A DNA stretch of 64,000 nucleotides from an uncultured Planctomycetota bacterium (GTDB lineage Bacteria > Planctomycetota > Phycisphaerae > Sedimentisphaerales > UBA12454), in the NCBI GenBank assembly GCA_903847315.1, contig CAINDG010000047.1:15109-79108 (forward strand), read 5' to 3'. The notes under the pieces are model-generated. The model saw only the letters and a list, made by a program, of their open reading frames with translations, was not told the DNA's origin and searched no databases. Shown piece after piece: positions 18,836 to 27,441 of the stretch (position 1 is its first letter; every line of letters begins with the position of its first letter). Made by a program: the position numbers and the translations under genes.

Positions 18836-19690
18836 ATGAAAACACAGTGTCCGAATTGTAAGTCAAAATTCAGCATCAGCGAGACGAACATTGGCAAACA
18901 AACCAAATGTCCCAAATGCACAAAGCCCTTTACTGTTGAACCATTTGTCGAAACTTCCGCAAAGAGTCCGGAGCCGCTAACGCCTGCCAAAAGTCCCAAA
19001 GCCGCAGTGCCGCCCGCAAAAATTGCCGCTCCAGCAGCAGCGCCAGTAAAAAGCCCGGAGTCAAAGGAGTTATCAAAAACAGCGTTATCAAAAACGGTGT
19101 TTGTATATGGATGGGCAATCGTGCGAATTATCGCGGGTGGATTGGGCGCTTTAGGCTTAATGATGGCAATAAACAAAGGCGAATATTCAACTTTGATTGG
19201 AACTTTTGCTGCAGCGGATGTTTTTCTCGTGCTCGGCATTGTAATTGAATTGACATTATATTACAGGATGTGGGCCGCTATCCAGGATAACCAGGTATCC
19301 ATCTCCCCCGGCAAAGCAATTGGGTTTTTGTTCATTCCGGTCTTTAATATTTACTGGATGCTGGATATGCTCATCGGATTTGCGGAAGATTACAACGAAT
19401 TTATTAGGCAGCACGCAATAACGATTAAGAAACTGCCGGTGATGCTGTTTATACTATATGCGTTTTTGTCCATGCTAACCGCGGTTATCGTGACGGTTCC
19501 TATGCTTTGCGTATTTATAATTGTCGGGCGTATAAGCAGCGCTTTTATAAATCATACTCTCATTGCGCAGGCGCTCCTCTTTTCTGCCTCCGCGGCTGGA
19601 ATCGCACATTTTATCGCGTATATACTGGTTTCGATAAAGACCTGCGACGCGGTAAACGCCTTGACTAACGCATCAGCAAAAAGCAGATAA
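18836..19690 (+). CDS. zinc-ribbon membrane protein (DUF4328-like C-terminal domain)
   Basis: N-terminal CPNCKSKF...CPKCTKPF zinc ribbon, a Pro/Ala-rich linker, then 4-5 TM helices with an IPVFNIYWM motif. Confidence 0.55.
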   Translation: MKTQCPNCKSKFSISETNIGKQTKCPKCTKPFTVEPFVETSAKSPEPLTPAKSPKAAVPPAKIAAPAAAPVKSPESKELSKTALSKTVFVYGWAIVRIIAGGLGALGLMMAINKGEYSTLIGTFAAADVFLVLGIVIELTLYYRMWAAIQDNQVSISPGKAIGFLFIPVFNIYWMLDMLIGFAEDYNEFIRQHAITIKKLPVMLFILYAFLSMLTAVIVTVPMLCVFIIVGRISSAFINHTLIAQALLFSASAAGIAHFIAYILVSIKTCDAVNALTNASAKSR

Positions 19691-19792
19691 GTTGTAAGGG
19701 TTTCCCAGCCTCTTTTGACTTCTTTTCTAATTCGTTCACTCTATTCCCTCTTCAATCTACAATCTTCAATTTTCAATTTAAAGGAAATATTT

Positions 19793-20455
19793 ATGTCAAA
19801 CACTAATACAATCATCAGAATACCGCTTGATAAACTGCTGCCGCATCCTGAAAACCCAAACAGGATGAGCAAACAGAACTTTGAAAAACTCAAACGGCAT
19901 ATTAAACAATCGCACAACTACGAACCCTTGATTGTCAGGAAACATCCTAAAATTGAAAATCATTTTCAAATCATCAACGGCCATCATCGCACAGAAGCTC
20001 TTAAACAAATCGGCGAAACATTTGCCGACTGCGTCCAGTGGGATATCGACGATGACGCGGCAAGGCTGCTTCTTGCGACGCTCAACAGATTGGGCGGCAA
20101 AGATGAACTGGCTTCCAAAGCGTCTCTTTACAAGAGCCTTTCAATAAAATTCAGCGTCAAAGAGCTTACAAAATTACTGCCTGACAGCAGGCAGGCGATA
20201 GAAAGACTAAAGGACATCGCAAAGCCGCTGCCGGGGATGATTGATACTTCAAAAGCGTTTTTAAATACTCTGGTTTTCTTCCTCAATGATGAGCAGATAA
20301 AAACCGTTGAATCTGCACTTGATAAAGCAACTCAACAGAGCCGCGACAGTAATGGAGCGGTAACCAAATCCGAAAAACTGGCACAAGCGATAACAGAAAT
20401 ATCAAAATCATATATCAAGGGAGTTCACCCTCACACCAATAATGTATCGGTGTAG
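19793..20455 (+). CDS. ParB/Srx-like N-terminal-domain nuclease-like protein
   Basis: IPLDKLLPHPENPNRM and INGHHRTEAL motifs. The ATG at 19793 with an AAAGGA RBS is preferred over the ORF-track start at 19715. Confidence 0.75.
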   Translation: MSNTNTIIRIPLDKLLPHPENPNRMSKQNFEKLKRHIKQSHNYEPLIVRKHPKIENHFQIINGHHRTEALKQIGETFADCVQWDIDDDAARLLLATLNRLGGKDELASKASLYKSLSIKFSVKELTKLLPDSRQAIERLKDIAKPLPGMIDTSKAFLNTLVFFLNDEQIKTVESALDKATQQSRDSNGAVTKSEKLAQAITEISKSYIKGVHPHTNNVSV

Positions 20456-20498
20456 GGGTTTATCAAAATGAAACTTAATATTGGTGTGAGGGTAAAAA

Positions 20499-21395
20499 AT
20501 GAACGCATACAGAATAACTGACTGGGACAGCAAGTATGAAGTAGGCCCTGAGGGCAAGCCGGCAAATGAAAGCACAAAAAGATATCGCAAAAGTTCTCTG
20601 CCGTTTGTAAGGCTGAAAACTTTCAGCGAAAGTAACGGAATGGCTTATCGCAAACTGCTGAGGCTGGCAGGCAAAGAAGCCCCTGCGATATTCGGCTTTT
20701 TCTGTATGTTTCTGGAAATTGCCGCCAATAGGGACAGGGCTTTCCGCGGCTGGCTGCTCGATGAACAGCAAAAACCTTTGTCCGTTGAAGATTTGGCGTT
20801 CGAGTTCGGCTGTGAAAACCAGACTATTGAAAATGCCCTGACAATTCTTACTGATGAAAGATTAAACTGGCTGAAACTGTCTGACTTCCAGACAAACTCT
20901 GACAGTACTGTCAAATTGTTATATAACGAAACCGAAGAGAACATAATAGAACAGAACAATAACGAAACGGAACATCAGAGCGTTGAAAAATCACCGGGCG
21001 ATATTGAGCTTGAGAAAGTCGCAAGAAATCTCCGCAGCAGAGCGATACATCAGGCCGGCAGTATCGGTTCTTCGATGAACGGTATTTTAAAAAATATTTC
21101 CTCGGATTCGGCTTCGGCGGATTCGCAAAAACCCGGCCGGCGTCAATTCCTCCGCAGATGGATAACTGAGTTGAGCGATATATTTCCGCAAAGCAAATTC
21201 GGCAAAAGCAATCTGACGACTTTTACAAATATGTTCGATTATCTGTATGAAAAGAATCAGCCTTTCGACGATAAGCTGCTCGATAAGGCACTGGCTCTTG
21301 CCGGAGAGGTTAAAATTAAGCCTGACATCGATAAGCCGATTGCCTATTTTGTCAGCAGGTTTAAAATAGAATTCGGCGATTTTACTAAGATATAA
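20499..21395 (+). CDS. hypothetical protein, phage replisome-organizer/wHTH-like N-terminus
   Basis: The N-terminal ~125 aa (ITDWDSKYE...LSVEDLAFEFGCENQTIENALTILTDERLNWLK) look like phage/plasmid wHTH proteins. The last 8 codons are formed by repeat R1 (FGDFTKI). Confidence 0.35.
   Translation: MNAYRITDWDSKYEVGPEGKPANESTKRYRKSSLPFVRLKTFSESNGMAYRKLLRLAGKEAPAIFGFFCMFLEIAANRDRAFRGWLLDEQQKPLSVEDLAFEFGCENQTIENALTILTDERLNWLKLSDFQTNSDSTVKLLYNETEENIIEQNNNETEHQSVEKSPGDIELEKVARNLRSRAIHQAGSIGSSMNGILKNISSDSASADSQKPGRRQFLRRWITELSDIFPQSKFGKSNLTTFTNMFDYLYEKNQPFDDKLLDKALALAGEVKIKPDIDKPIAYFVSRFKIEFGDFTKI
21363..21395 (+). repeat. junction repeat R1
   Basis: aaaatagaattcggcgattttactaag is 26/27 identical to R2. 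It encodes the last residues (EFGDFTK) of the 20499 ORF. Confidence 0.85.
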
Positions 21396-21440
21396 TGCCA
21401 AATGTAAGTGTTTTTGCGGCATATTGTTACGATAATCTTG

Positions 21441-21469
21441 TTGTTCGGCACAGGTTATATTGGTATAAT
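21441..21469 (+). promoter_or_regulatory. sigma70-like promoter
   Basis: TTGTTC, 17 nt spacer, TGG-TATAAT (extended -10), 25 nt upstream of the ATG at 21494. Confidence 0.5.
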
Positions 21470-21493
21470 AAGGAAAAGGAGTAATGAGAAGAT

Positions 21494-22156
21494 ATGAAGA
21501 AGATAGCAGGAGCATTTTTTGCAATTCTGCTGTGCGGGTTTCTGCCGGCAGTTTCCAGCGGCCAGTTAATCACCATCGGCATTACTGGAAATGTCTCATC
21601 TGTCTATGATCCGCATAATATTTTTGGCGGACAAATACACTCCAACGATACGATAACTGGAACTTATACTTACGATACTTCAACGCCGGATTCAAATCCA
21701 TCCAATCCAAGTTTAGGGCGTTATTGGCATTATAGCCAGCCTTGTGGTGTGTCGGTCAATATCAATAGTTTTAATTTCAGGACAGACCCTGATAATGTTA
21801 ACTTTCTTTTAGGTATAAGTAATGATAATGGAGGAGATATTTATTGGTTTCATAGTTACAGTAACTCTCCTCTTCCAGATGGGACTTTGGTTGACAGTAT
21901 TGCTTGGCAGATTACAGATTCAACTGGGACCGCTTTGTCAAATGATTCCCTGCCGACAACGGCACCTAATTTGACCAGCTGGGATATGGATTATGGTTTA
22001 CATATTTCCGGTCCACCCAGAACAGCGTTTGAATTTGAAATAATTACAAATATAACTTCGGTTGTGCTTGTCCCTGAGCCGGCGACGATTTGTCTGTTTG
22101 CTTTAGGTGGCCTTATGCTGCGGAAAATAAAATTCGGCGATTTTACTAAGTCATAA
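21494..22156 (+). CDS. secreted PEP-CTERM protein with altered C-terminal tail
   Basis: Signal peptide. VPEPATICLFALGGLMLRK is followed by IKFGDFTKS, encoded by repeat R2, instead of the usual RRKK stop. Confidence 0.7.
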   Translation: MKKIAGAFFAILLCGFLPAVSSGQLITIGITGNVSSVYDPHNIFGGQIHSNDTITGTYTYDTSTPDSNPSNPSLGRYWHYSQPCGVSVNINSFNFRTDPDNVNFLLGISNDNGGDIYWFHSYSNSPLPDGTLVDSIAWQITDSTGTALSNDSLPTTAPNLTSWDMDYGLHISGPPRTAFEFEIITNITSVVLVPEPATICLFALGGLMLRKIKFGDFTKS

Positions 22157-22167
22157 TCATAGGTTTT
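22124..22167 (+). repeat. junction repeat R2
   Basis: aaaataaaattcggcgattttactaagtcataatcataggtttt. The 5' half matches R1 and the 3' half matches R3. It encodes KFGDFTKS plus the stop of the PEP-CTERM ORF. Confidence 0.85.
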
Positions 22168-22271
22168 CTTCTATTTTACAGTCAATATAAAAGCTTGAAT
22201 TGTCAAGACAGGTTCGATATCCTATTAGAAATGAGGCAAATTAAAATGGGTAATTCTGATTAGAGGTATTT

Positions 22272-23276
22272 ATGAAAACAATTATTGCAAGTCTGATTCT
22301 TTTGTTTTTGTCCGCGGTCTTAACAAATGCTTATGGCGATACACAAAAAACGATTGAGTTAAAACTCTATCCTGCGGTAGCTGCCGACCCTAATAAATAT
22401 CCGCTTCTTCCAAAATATGAAGAACAAAATGATTTGGATGCTGCGCCATTATATAAAAAAGCCATTCAAGCACTGCCTGTGGACTCCAAGAACAACCAAA
22501 TCAGTCAATGGCTCAAAAGTCCGTTGAATGAATTACCATTAGAACAAGCCAAATCGTTTGTTGAAGGATTCAAGCCGGCTCTTCAATTGGTTCAGCAGGC
22601 GGCAAAATGCAGGAAGTGTATTTGGCCGGCTGAACAAGACGCCAAAGACCTCCAGAACTATCGCAGGATAGCACAAACACTTGCCTTACAGGCCCGTCTT
22701 GAGATTGCCCAGGGTCAATACGATAATGCTGTCAGCAAAATTCGAACCGACTTTGCAATGGGAAGACATTTAAGCAAGAGTTCTTCCACGATACAGGGTC
22801 TGGTCGGCATTGCTGCCGCGGCACATATGTGCGAGCAGATTGAACAGTTCATTGAGGCGCCTGATGCTCCAAACCTTTACCGGTCATTGCAATCGCTTCC
22901 AAGGCCGTTGATTGATTTGACCAAACAGATAGAATCCGAACCGAATGAACTTGCTCGTGAAAAAATTCGCCAGCTAATGAACAGGTTAGACCGACACATA
23001 GCAGTTCTTCAATGCGTTGAGGCACTGCGTTATTATGCAGCTGTTAATGACGGCAAACTTCCCGGTTCTTTAGAAGATATCAAGAAAAGTATTAAGCAAG
23101 TATCGATACCCAACGACCCTGTTACTCAGAAATCATTTGATTACAGCTGCAGCGGCTCGGAAGCTATTTTGAAAGGGCCTGCACCTGTGGGCGCGGAAAG
23201 TGATAAGGCTATATACTACAGATTAGTATTGAGTCAGCGGCCGAGTAAAAATAATCAGCAGGGTCAGACGCGATAA
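22272..23276 (+). CDS. secreted hypothetical protein (helical)
   Basis: Signal peptide (LSAVLTNAYG). 334 aa with no recognised motif. Confidence 0.5.
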   Translation: MKTIIASLILLFLSAVLTNAYGDTQKTIELKLYPAVAADPNKYPLLPKYEEQNDLDAAPLYKKAIQALPVDSKNNQISQWLKSPLNELPLEQAKSFVEGFKPALQLVQQAAKCRKCIWPAEQDAKDLQNYRRIAQTLALQARLEIAQGQYDNAVSKIRTDFAMGRHLSKSSSTIQGLVGIAAAAHMCEQIEQFIEAPDAPNLYRSLQSLPRPLIDLTKQIESEPNELAREKIRQLMNRLDRHIAVLQCVEALRYYAAVNDGKLPGSLEDIKKSIKQVSIPNDPVTQKSFDYSCSGSEAILKGPAPVGAESDKAIYYRLVLSQRPSKNNQQGQTR

Positions 23277-23433
23277 AATACAAATATTCTGCGATTTTAC
23301 AGTGTAAAAACCGCCGGATTTTGCTTGATTTTGCCAAAAATGATGATACAATGATTTTGTTGACGTAAAGGACGACGGAGAAATAAAAGGCAGGAAGAAT
23401 AAGCTCATTTTTTTTCAAGTTCAAGAGGATGTT

Positions 23434-23814
23434 ATGAAGAAGATAGTATTATTTTCCACGATTCTTGCGGTTCTTGCAATCGTCAGCTTGTACGTTTTTG
23501 CATCGTCAGAGCCGGCAAGACCAAAATTAACGGGCATTGACCTCATCGGCCCCAATGCCGTGCCTGAAAACACACAAAACGTCTATTGTGTCGACGCGGT
23601 CTATGACGACGGCTCAAGGGTAGAGGTTACCACAGACGCAAATGTTAAGGTCGTTTCGAATGAATGCAAAGTAACAAACCTCAGCGGAATTGTTGAAACG
23701 TTTAAACTGGAGAAGTCGGAGAAACACTTCACTATTTGCGCAAACTATCGCGACTTTAAAGTAAAAAAATTGGTTACTATCTATTCTTGTACGCATAAAA
23801 ACAGCGGTAAATAA
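23434..23814 (+). CDS. small secreted Big_2-like Ig-domain protein
   Basis: Signal peptide. LTGIDLIGPNAVPENTQNVY...DGSRVEVTTDANVKV parallels the Ig-like module of the next gene. Promoter TTGATT-16-TACAAT at 23325-23352. Confidence 0.55.
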   Translation: MKKIVLFSTILAVLAIVSLYVFASSEPARPKLTGIDLIGPNAVPENTQNVYCVDAVYDDGSRVEVTTDANVKVVSNECKVTNLSGIVETFKLEKSEKHFTICANYRDFKVKKLVTIYSCTHKNSGK

Positions 23815-23875
23815 GAAATTAATATTCAGCATTTTAGAAAAACATCGGAGCCCTGAATTTGCAATCGGGGCTCTG
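23809..23875 (+). repeat. 3'-end/terminator module copy A
   Basis: aaataagaaattaatatt...cggagccctgaatttgcaatcggggctctg includes the stop codon and a terminator hairpin. About 80% identical to 26862-26926. Confidence 0.75.
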
Positions 23876-23998
23876 CGTTTTTGTTGAGGAAAAACCATAG
23901 CTTTTCGCTTGATTATGCGGAAAAAGGTGGTATAATGCCTCCTGAATAAGTATTAATACGGAGAAGTTAGAAGCTTTATTTAAAACGCGGAGAAATAT

Positions 23999-25336
23999 AT
24001 GAAAACAAATCTGTTATTTTCAATTCTTATAATGTTTGTAGTTGTTTGTCTGTTGCCGATTTGCGCTAATGGGCTTGTTCTCAGCAATTCTCCTGGCGAT
24101 ACTAATGTTCCTGTTTGGGATTCGAATAACCTGCCCCCGCCGGGGCCGATTCCCTACCCATACCAATATTGCATGGTCGCTCACTGGAAACTTGACGAGA
24201 CCAGCGGCACAATCGCACAAGATAGTTCAGGCGGCGGTAATACAGGCACATTAATAAACGGCCCGGTATGGACTGCCGGCAAAATCGGCGGCGCATTGAG
24301 CTTTAACGGAACTCAAGCCGTGTACATCGACGGCAGTGCCGGCTACAGTTCGCCTTTGAATATTTACAACACCAATATGACCATTTCCGCGTGGATAAAA
24401 CCGGGTCCCAACGCCTGCACCATTGTAGCAAGGGCAAAGCCTAACTATATTACTTACAATCTTTATGTTGACGGCGGAAAGGTTGGAATTAACACTTACA
24501 AGTCGCCAGTCCACTGGAATTTATTAACAGGTAAAATATTAGACCCGAACAACTGGTATCATATAATCGCCGTCCTCGACAGGGATAATGACACAGGTAT
24601 TATTTACGTCAACGGCATAGAGCGGGCAAGAAGCATACAGATGACCGTAGACCCGCCAAGCTGCGATGCGCCAACCAAAATCGGCTGCCGAAATAACACC
24701 AGCGATTATACCTTTACCGGCCTGATTGACGATGTCCGCATTTATAATTGTGCCCTTGACGCAAATGACGTCAAAGAACTTTATACCGGCAAAATACATA
24801 GCATTGAAATCACAGGGCCGAATTCTGTGCCTGAGGAATCGGATACCCAGTATCAGGCCATCGGCCATTACGAAAACGGCTCAAGCAAAAATATTACCGC
24901 TGATGCGAACCTTACGGTTGCTCCTGATAAGTTTGCAGCGATAGATTCCAATGGTATGCTGGCAACTGAAAGACTCTATCGGCTAAAGGAAAATTGTACT
25001 ATTTATGCCGACTACAAGGGCGTCTCCGGTTCAAAACTTGTCGCTATTTATCCTGTCTGCGGCGGCATTGAATGCACGGTGCCGCAGCTGCTGAAGCGCA
25101 ATGTCGGCGATATTATCAAAATTAAACAGGACATTCGCAAAGACCTTGCCTATGCTGAGGGAATCGAGTGGGCCTCGCTTACGCTGCAGCTGCAGACAAG
25201 CGCTAAGCCGCAGTACAAAGGCTGGAGCAAGGCTCGTCTCCCGATGCTCGCGGCGATATCATACGAATTATGGGCTGACCAGGAAATCGACAAAAGCATT
25301 ACCAGCCTTAAAAGTGCCGACGATATTATGAAATAA
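23999..25336 (+). CDS. LamG (concanavalin-A-like lectin) domain protein with Big_2-like module
   Basis: HWKLDETSGTIAQDSSGGGNTGTL...ALSFNG...ISAWIKP...LIDDVRIYNCAL is a Laminin_G_3 pattern. Then IEITGPNSVPEESDTQYQA. Promoter TTGATT-16-TATAAT at 23909-23936. Confidence 0.75.
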   Translation: MKTNLLFSILIMFVVVCLLPICANGLVLSNSPGDTNVPVWDSNNLPPPGPIPYPYQYCMVAHWKLDETSGTIAQDSSGGGNTGTLINGPVWTAGKIGGALSFNGTQAVYIDGSAGYSSPLNIYNTNMTISAWIKPGPNACTIVARAKPNYITYNLYVDGGKVGINTYKSPVHWNLLTGKILDPNNWYHIIAVLDRDNDTGIIYVNGIERARSIQMTVDPPSCDAPTKIGCRNNTSDYTFTGLIDDVRIYNCALDANDVKELYTGKIHSIEITGPNSVPEESDTQYQAIGHYENGSSKNITADANLTVAPDKFAAIDSNGMLATERLYRLKENCTIYADYKGVSGSKLVAIYPVCGGIECTVPQLLKRNVGDIIKIKQDIRKDLAYAEGIEWASLTLQLQTSAKPQYKGWSKARLPMLAAISYELWADQEIDKSITSLKSADDIMK

Positions 25337-25395
25337 AAGTAATAAGCCAAACGATAGGCTTTAGTATTTAGAAATTTGACCATTACCGGCCCTGA

Positions 25396-25443
25396 GCAAA
25401 ATCGGCCCCGGCTGATTTTACTAAGGCATAACTATAGGTTTTT
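25396..25443 (+). repeat. junction repeat R3 (non-coding)
   Basis: gattttactaaggcataactataggtttt matches R2 at 26/29 positions. Confidence 0.8.
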
Positions 25444-25497
25444 GCCTGACTTATTAACCTATATATCGTGTATTCTATGCCGTTTTTTGCTTTTTTC

Positions 25498-25525
25498 TTG
25501 ACATACTGCGGATTAGTGATATCAT
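25498..25525 (+). promoter_or_regulatory. sigma70-like promoter giving a ~240-nt leader
   Basis: TTGACA (25498-25503), 16 nt spacer, TATCAT (25520-25525). The next ATG with an RBS is 25773. Confidence 0.4.
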
Positions 25526-25772
25526 ATGTTTGTAATAGTGTGTTCTTTGGAATGCGGAACGTGGGCAGAGAGTTATAATTTAAGTAATGTTATTATAAAT
25601 TTTTGGTTTTTTTCATCATATCTTTTTGTGCCCACCTTTATTTGACACCGTTTTGAATTTTAAAAACTTTTTTCGATTGCAGCCCAGTCGGTGATAGTCC
25701 GTCTGTATCGATTACGCTTTTAAAATATAAAGACCGTGACAGAAAAGGTAAAAATTTTAAAAGGAGAAGAAA

Positions 25773-26867
25773 ATGAAGACGAGAACAGTTTTTTATGCAA
25801 TTTTAACAATTCTTTTTATTACCGCTGGTTTTGCATGTGCGCACAACAACGTCATTGATCTCGGAACTCTCGGCGGCACTTACAGTTCCGCCCGTTCCAT
25901 CAACGACAACGGCCAGATTGTAGGTCAGACTCGGGACAGCTCCGGCTATTGGATTGCCTGTCTTTTTGACAATACAGGCGGCGGGGCAAATAAAAACCTC
26001 GGCTCCGGAGGAGATTCCACTATAGCACAATCCATTAACAACAGTGGACAGAGTGTAGGCACCGCTTATAGCGTTTATGGCGCCTGTCTTTTTGACTCCC
26101 AAAACAGCGGGAATAATAAGAACCTCGGAACCCTTGGCGGCACTTACAGTTCGGCCTATTCCATCAACAACAATGGCCAGGTTGTAGGCGTGGCTGATAA
26201 CGTTTTTGGTTATGACCATGCCTGTCTTTTTGACAAGACAGGCGGCAAAGCTAATAAAGACCTCGGTACTCTCGGCGGCAATTACAGCTGGGCTGTGTCT
26301 ATCAACAACAACGGTCAGATTGCAGGCTTCGCTAGAAACAGCTCCAATAATAATCATGCAACATTGTTTGATCCTACTGGCGGCAAGGCGAACACAGACC
26401 TTGGAACTCTTGGCGGCGATCACAGCAGCAGTAGCGCTTCTTGCATCAATGACAGCAGCCAGATTGTAGGAGCCGCAACAGTAGGTACTCGCTATCGAGC
26501 GACATTATTTGACTCTACAGGCGGCGGGGCCAATAAAGAACTCGGAACCCTCGGTGGCTATGGTAGTTGGGCATATTCCATCAACAACAACGGTCAGATT
26601 GTAGGCTGGGCTGAGAACGGTTCAGGTCAGACCCTCGCTTGTCTTTTTGACGCAACAGGCAACGGAAATAATATTGACCTTAATACTTTGATAGACCCTT
26701 CTTCCGGTTGGACTCTGCAGTACGCTTATGACATAAACAATAACGGCTGGATTGTAGGTCAGGGCACTTTCAACGGTCAGGATCGTGCATTTCTGCTTGT
26801 CACTCCCGAACCGGCGACGATTTGTCTGTTTGCAATCGCGGGCCTTATGCTGCGGCGCAAAAAATAA
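25773..26867 (+). CDS. HAF-family extracellular repeat protein with PEP-CTERM anchor
   Basis: About 7 repeats of LGTLGG.YS.A.SINNNGQIVG. C-terminal TPEPATICLFAIAGLMLRRKK. Confidence 0.85.
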   Translation: MKTRTVFYAILTILFITAGFACAHNNVIDLGTLGGTYSSARSINDNGQIVGQTRDSSGYWIACLFDNTGGGANKNLGSGGDSTIAQSINNSGQSVGTAYSVYGACLFDSQNSGNNKNLGTLGGTYSSAYSINNNGQVVGVADNVFGYDHACLFDKTGGKANKDLGTLGGNYSWAVSINNNGQIAGFARNSSNNNHATLFDPTGGKANTDLGTLGGDHSSSSASCINDSSQIVGAATVGTRYRATLFDSTGGGANKELGTLGGYGSWAYSINNNGQIVGWAENGSGQTLACLFDATGNGNNIDLNTLIDPSSGWTLQYAYDINNNGWIVGQGTFNGQDRAFLLVTPEPATICLFAIAGLMLRRKK

Positions 26868-26926
26868 GAAATTAATATTTAGTATCTGAAAACATCAGAG
26901 CCCTGATTAAAGCAATCGGGGCTTTG
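26862..26926 (+). repeat. 3'-end/terminator module copy B
   Basis: aaataagaaattaatatt...cagagccctgattaaagcaatcggggctttg, after the HAF PEP-CTERM gene. Confidence 0.75.
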
Positions 26927-26983
26927 TAATTTTACATTTTCAATTCCTCACAATTTAACTCATTATTTTTAAGGGGTATTACT

Positions 26984-27391
26984 ATGTCATTAACAGAGAA
27001 ACAATTAATTGTATTGGATGAATTATTTGAATCAGGCGGCGATGAGGCAGCCGTGCGCCAAAAGCACAACATCTCTTACGGGCTCTGGCAAAAATGGCTC
27101 AGCGATGAGTCTTTCAGCAAAGCGATTTCAGACAGGATTGATTCCGCAAAGAGACAAAGCCGGATTATACTTTCAAAATATGTTCCGCTGGCCGCGGCAA
27201 AATTAGTTCAGCTTTGCAATAGTGAGAACAATGAGACCAGCCGCAAGGCCGCTTTGAATATTTTGTCATTACAGACCGGCCAATCTTTAAATGCTGACGA
27301 TGCCGACCAGCCTGTTGAGCCGGTGCAGACAATCGACCCCGCAACGGCGTCAAAGATACTCGCCGCTTTGGCAGAAAATGAAAATCCTTAA
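26984..27391 (+). CDS. small HTH protein resembling a phage terminase small subunit
   Basis: LTEKQLIVLDELFESGGDEAAV...W and AAAKLVQLCNSENNETSRKAALNILSL follow the usual TerS N-terminal HTH plus helical pattern. Recognised by pattern only. Confidence 0.35.
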   Translation: MSLTEKQLIVLDELFESGGDEAAVRQKHNISYGLWQKWLSDESFSKAISDRIDSAKRQSRIILSKYVPLAAAKLVQLCNSENNETSRKAALNILSLQTGQSLNADDADQPVEPVQTIDPATASKILAALAENENP

Positions 27392-27441
27392 ACGGTTTTT
27401 TCAATTGCTTATTTCCTGTCGCCATCTTATTTTACTGCTGA

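Noticed and set aside
21363-25443. Interpreting junction repeats R1-R3 as integron attC sites.
   Set aside because: There is no intI gene and no recognisable R''/L''-L'/R' core sites (GTTRRRY). The repeats are short and direct. They are kept as a finding of unknown nature, not called an integron.
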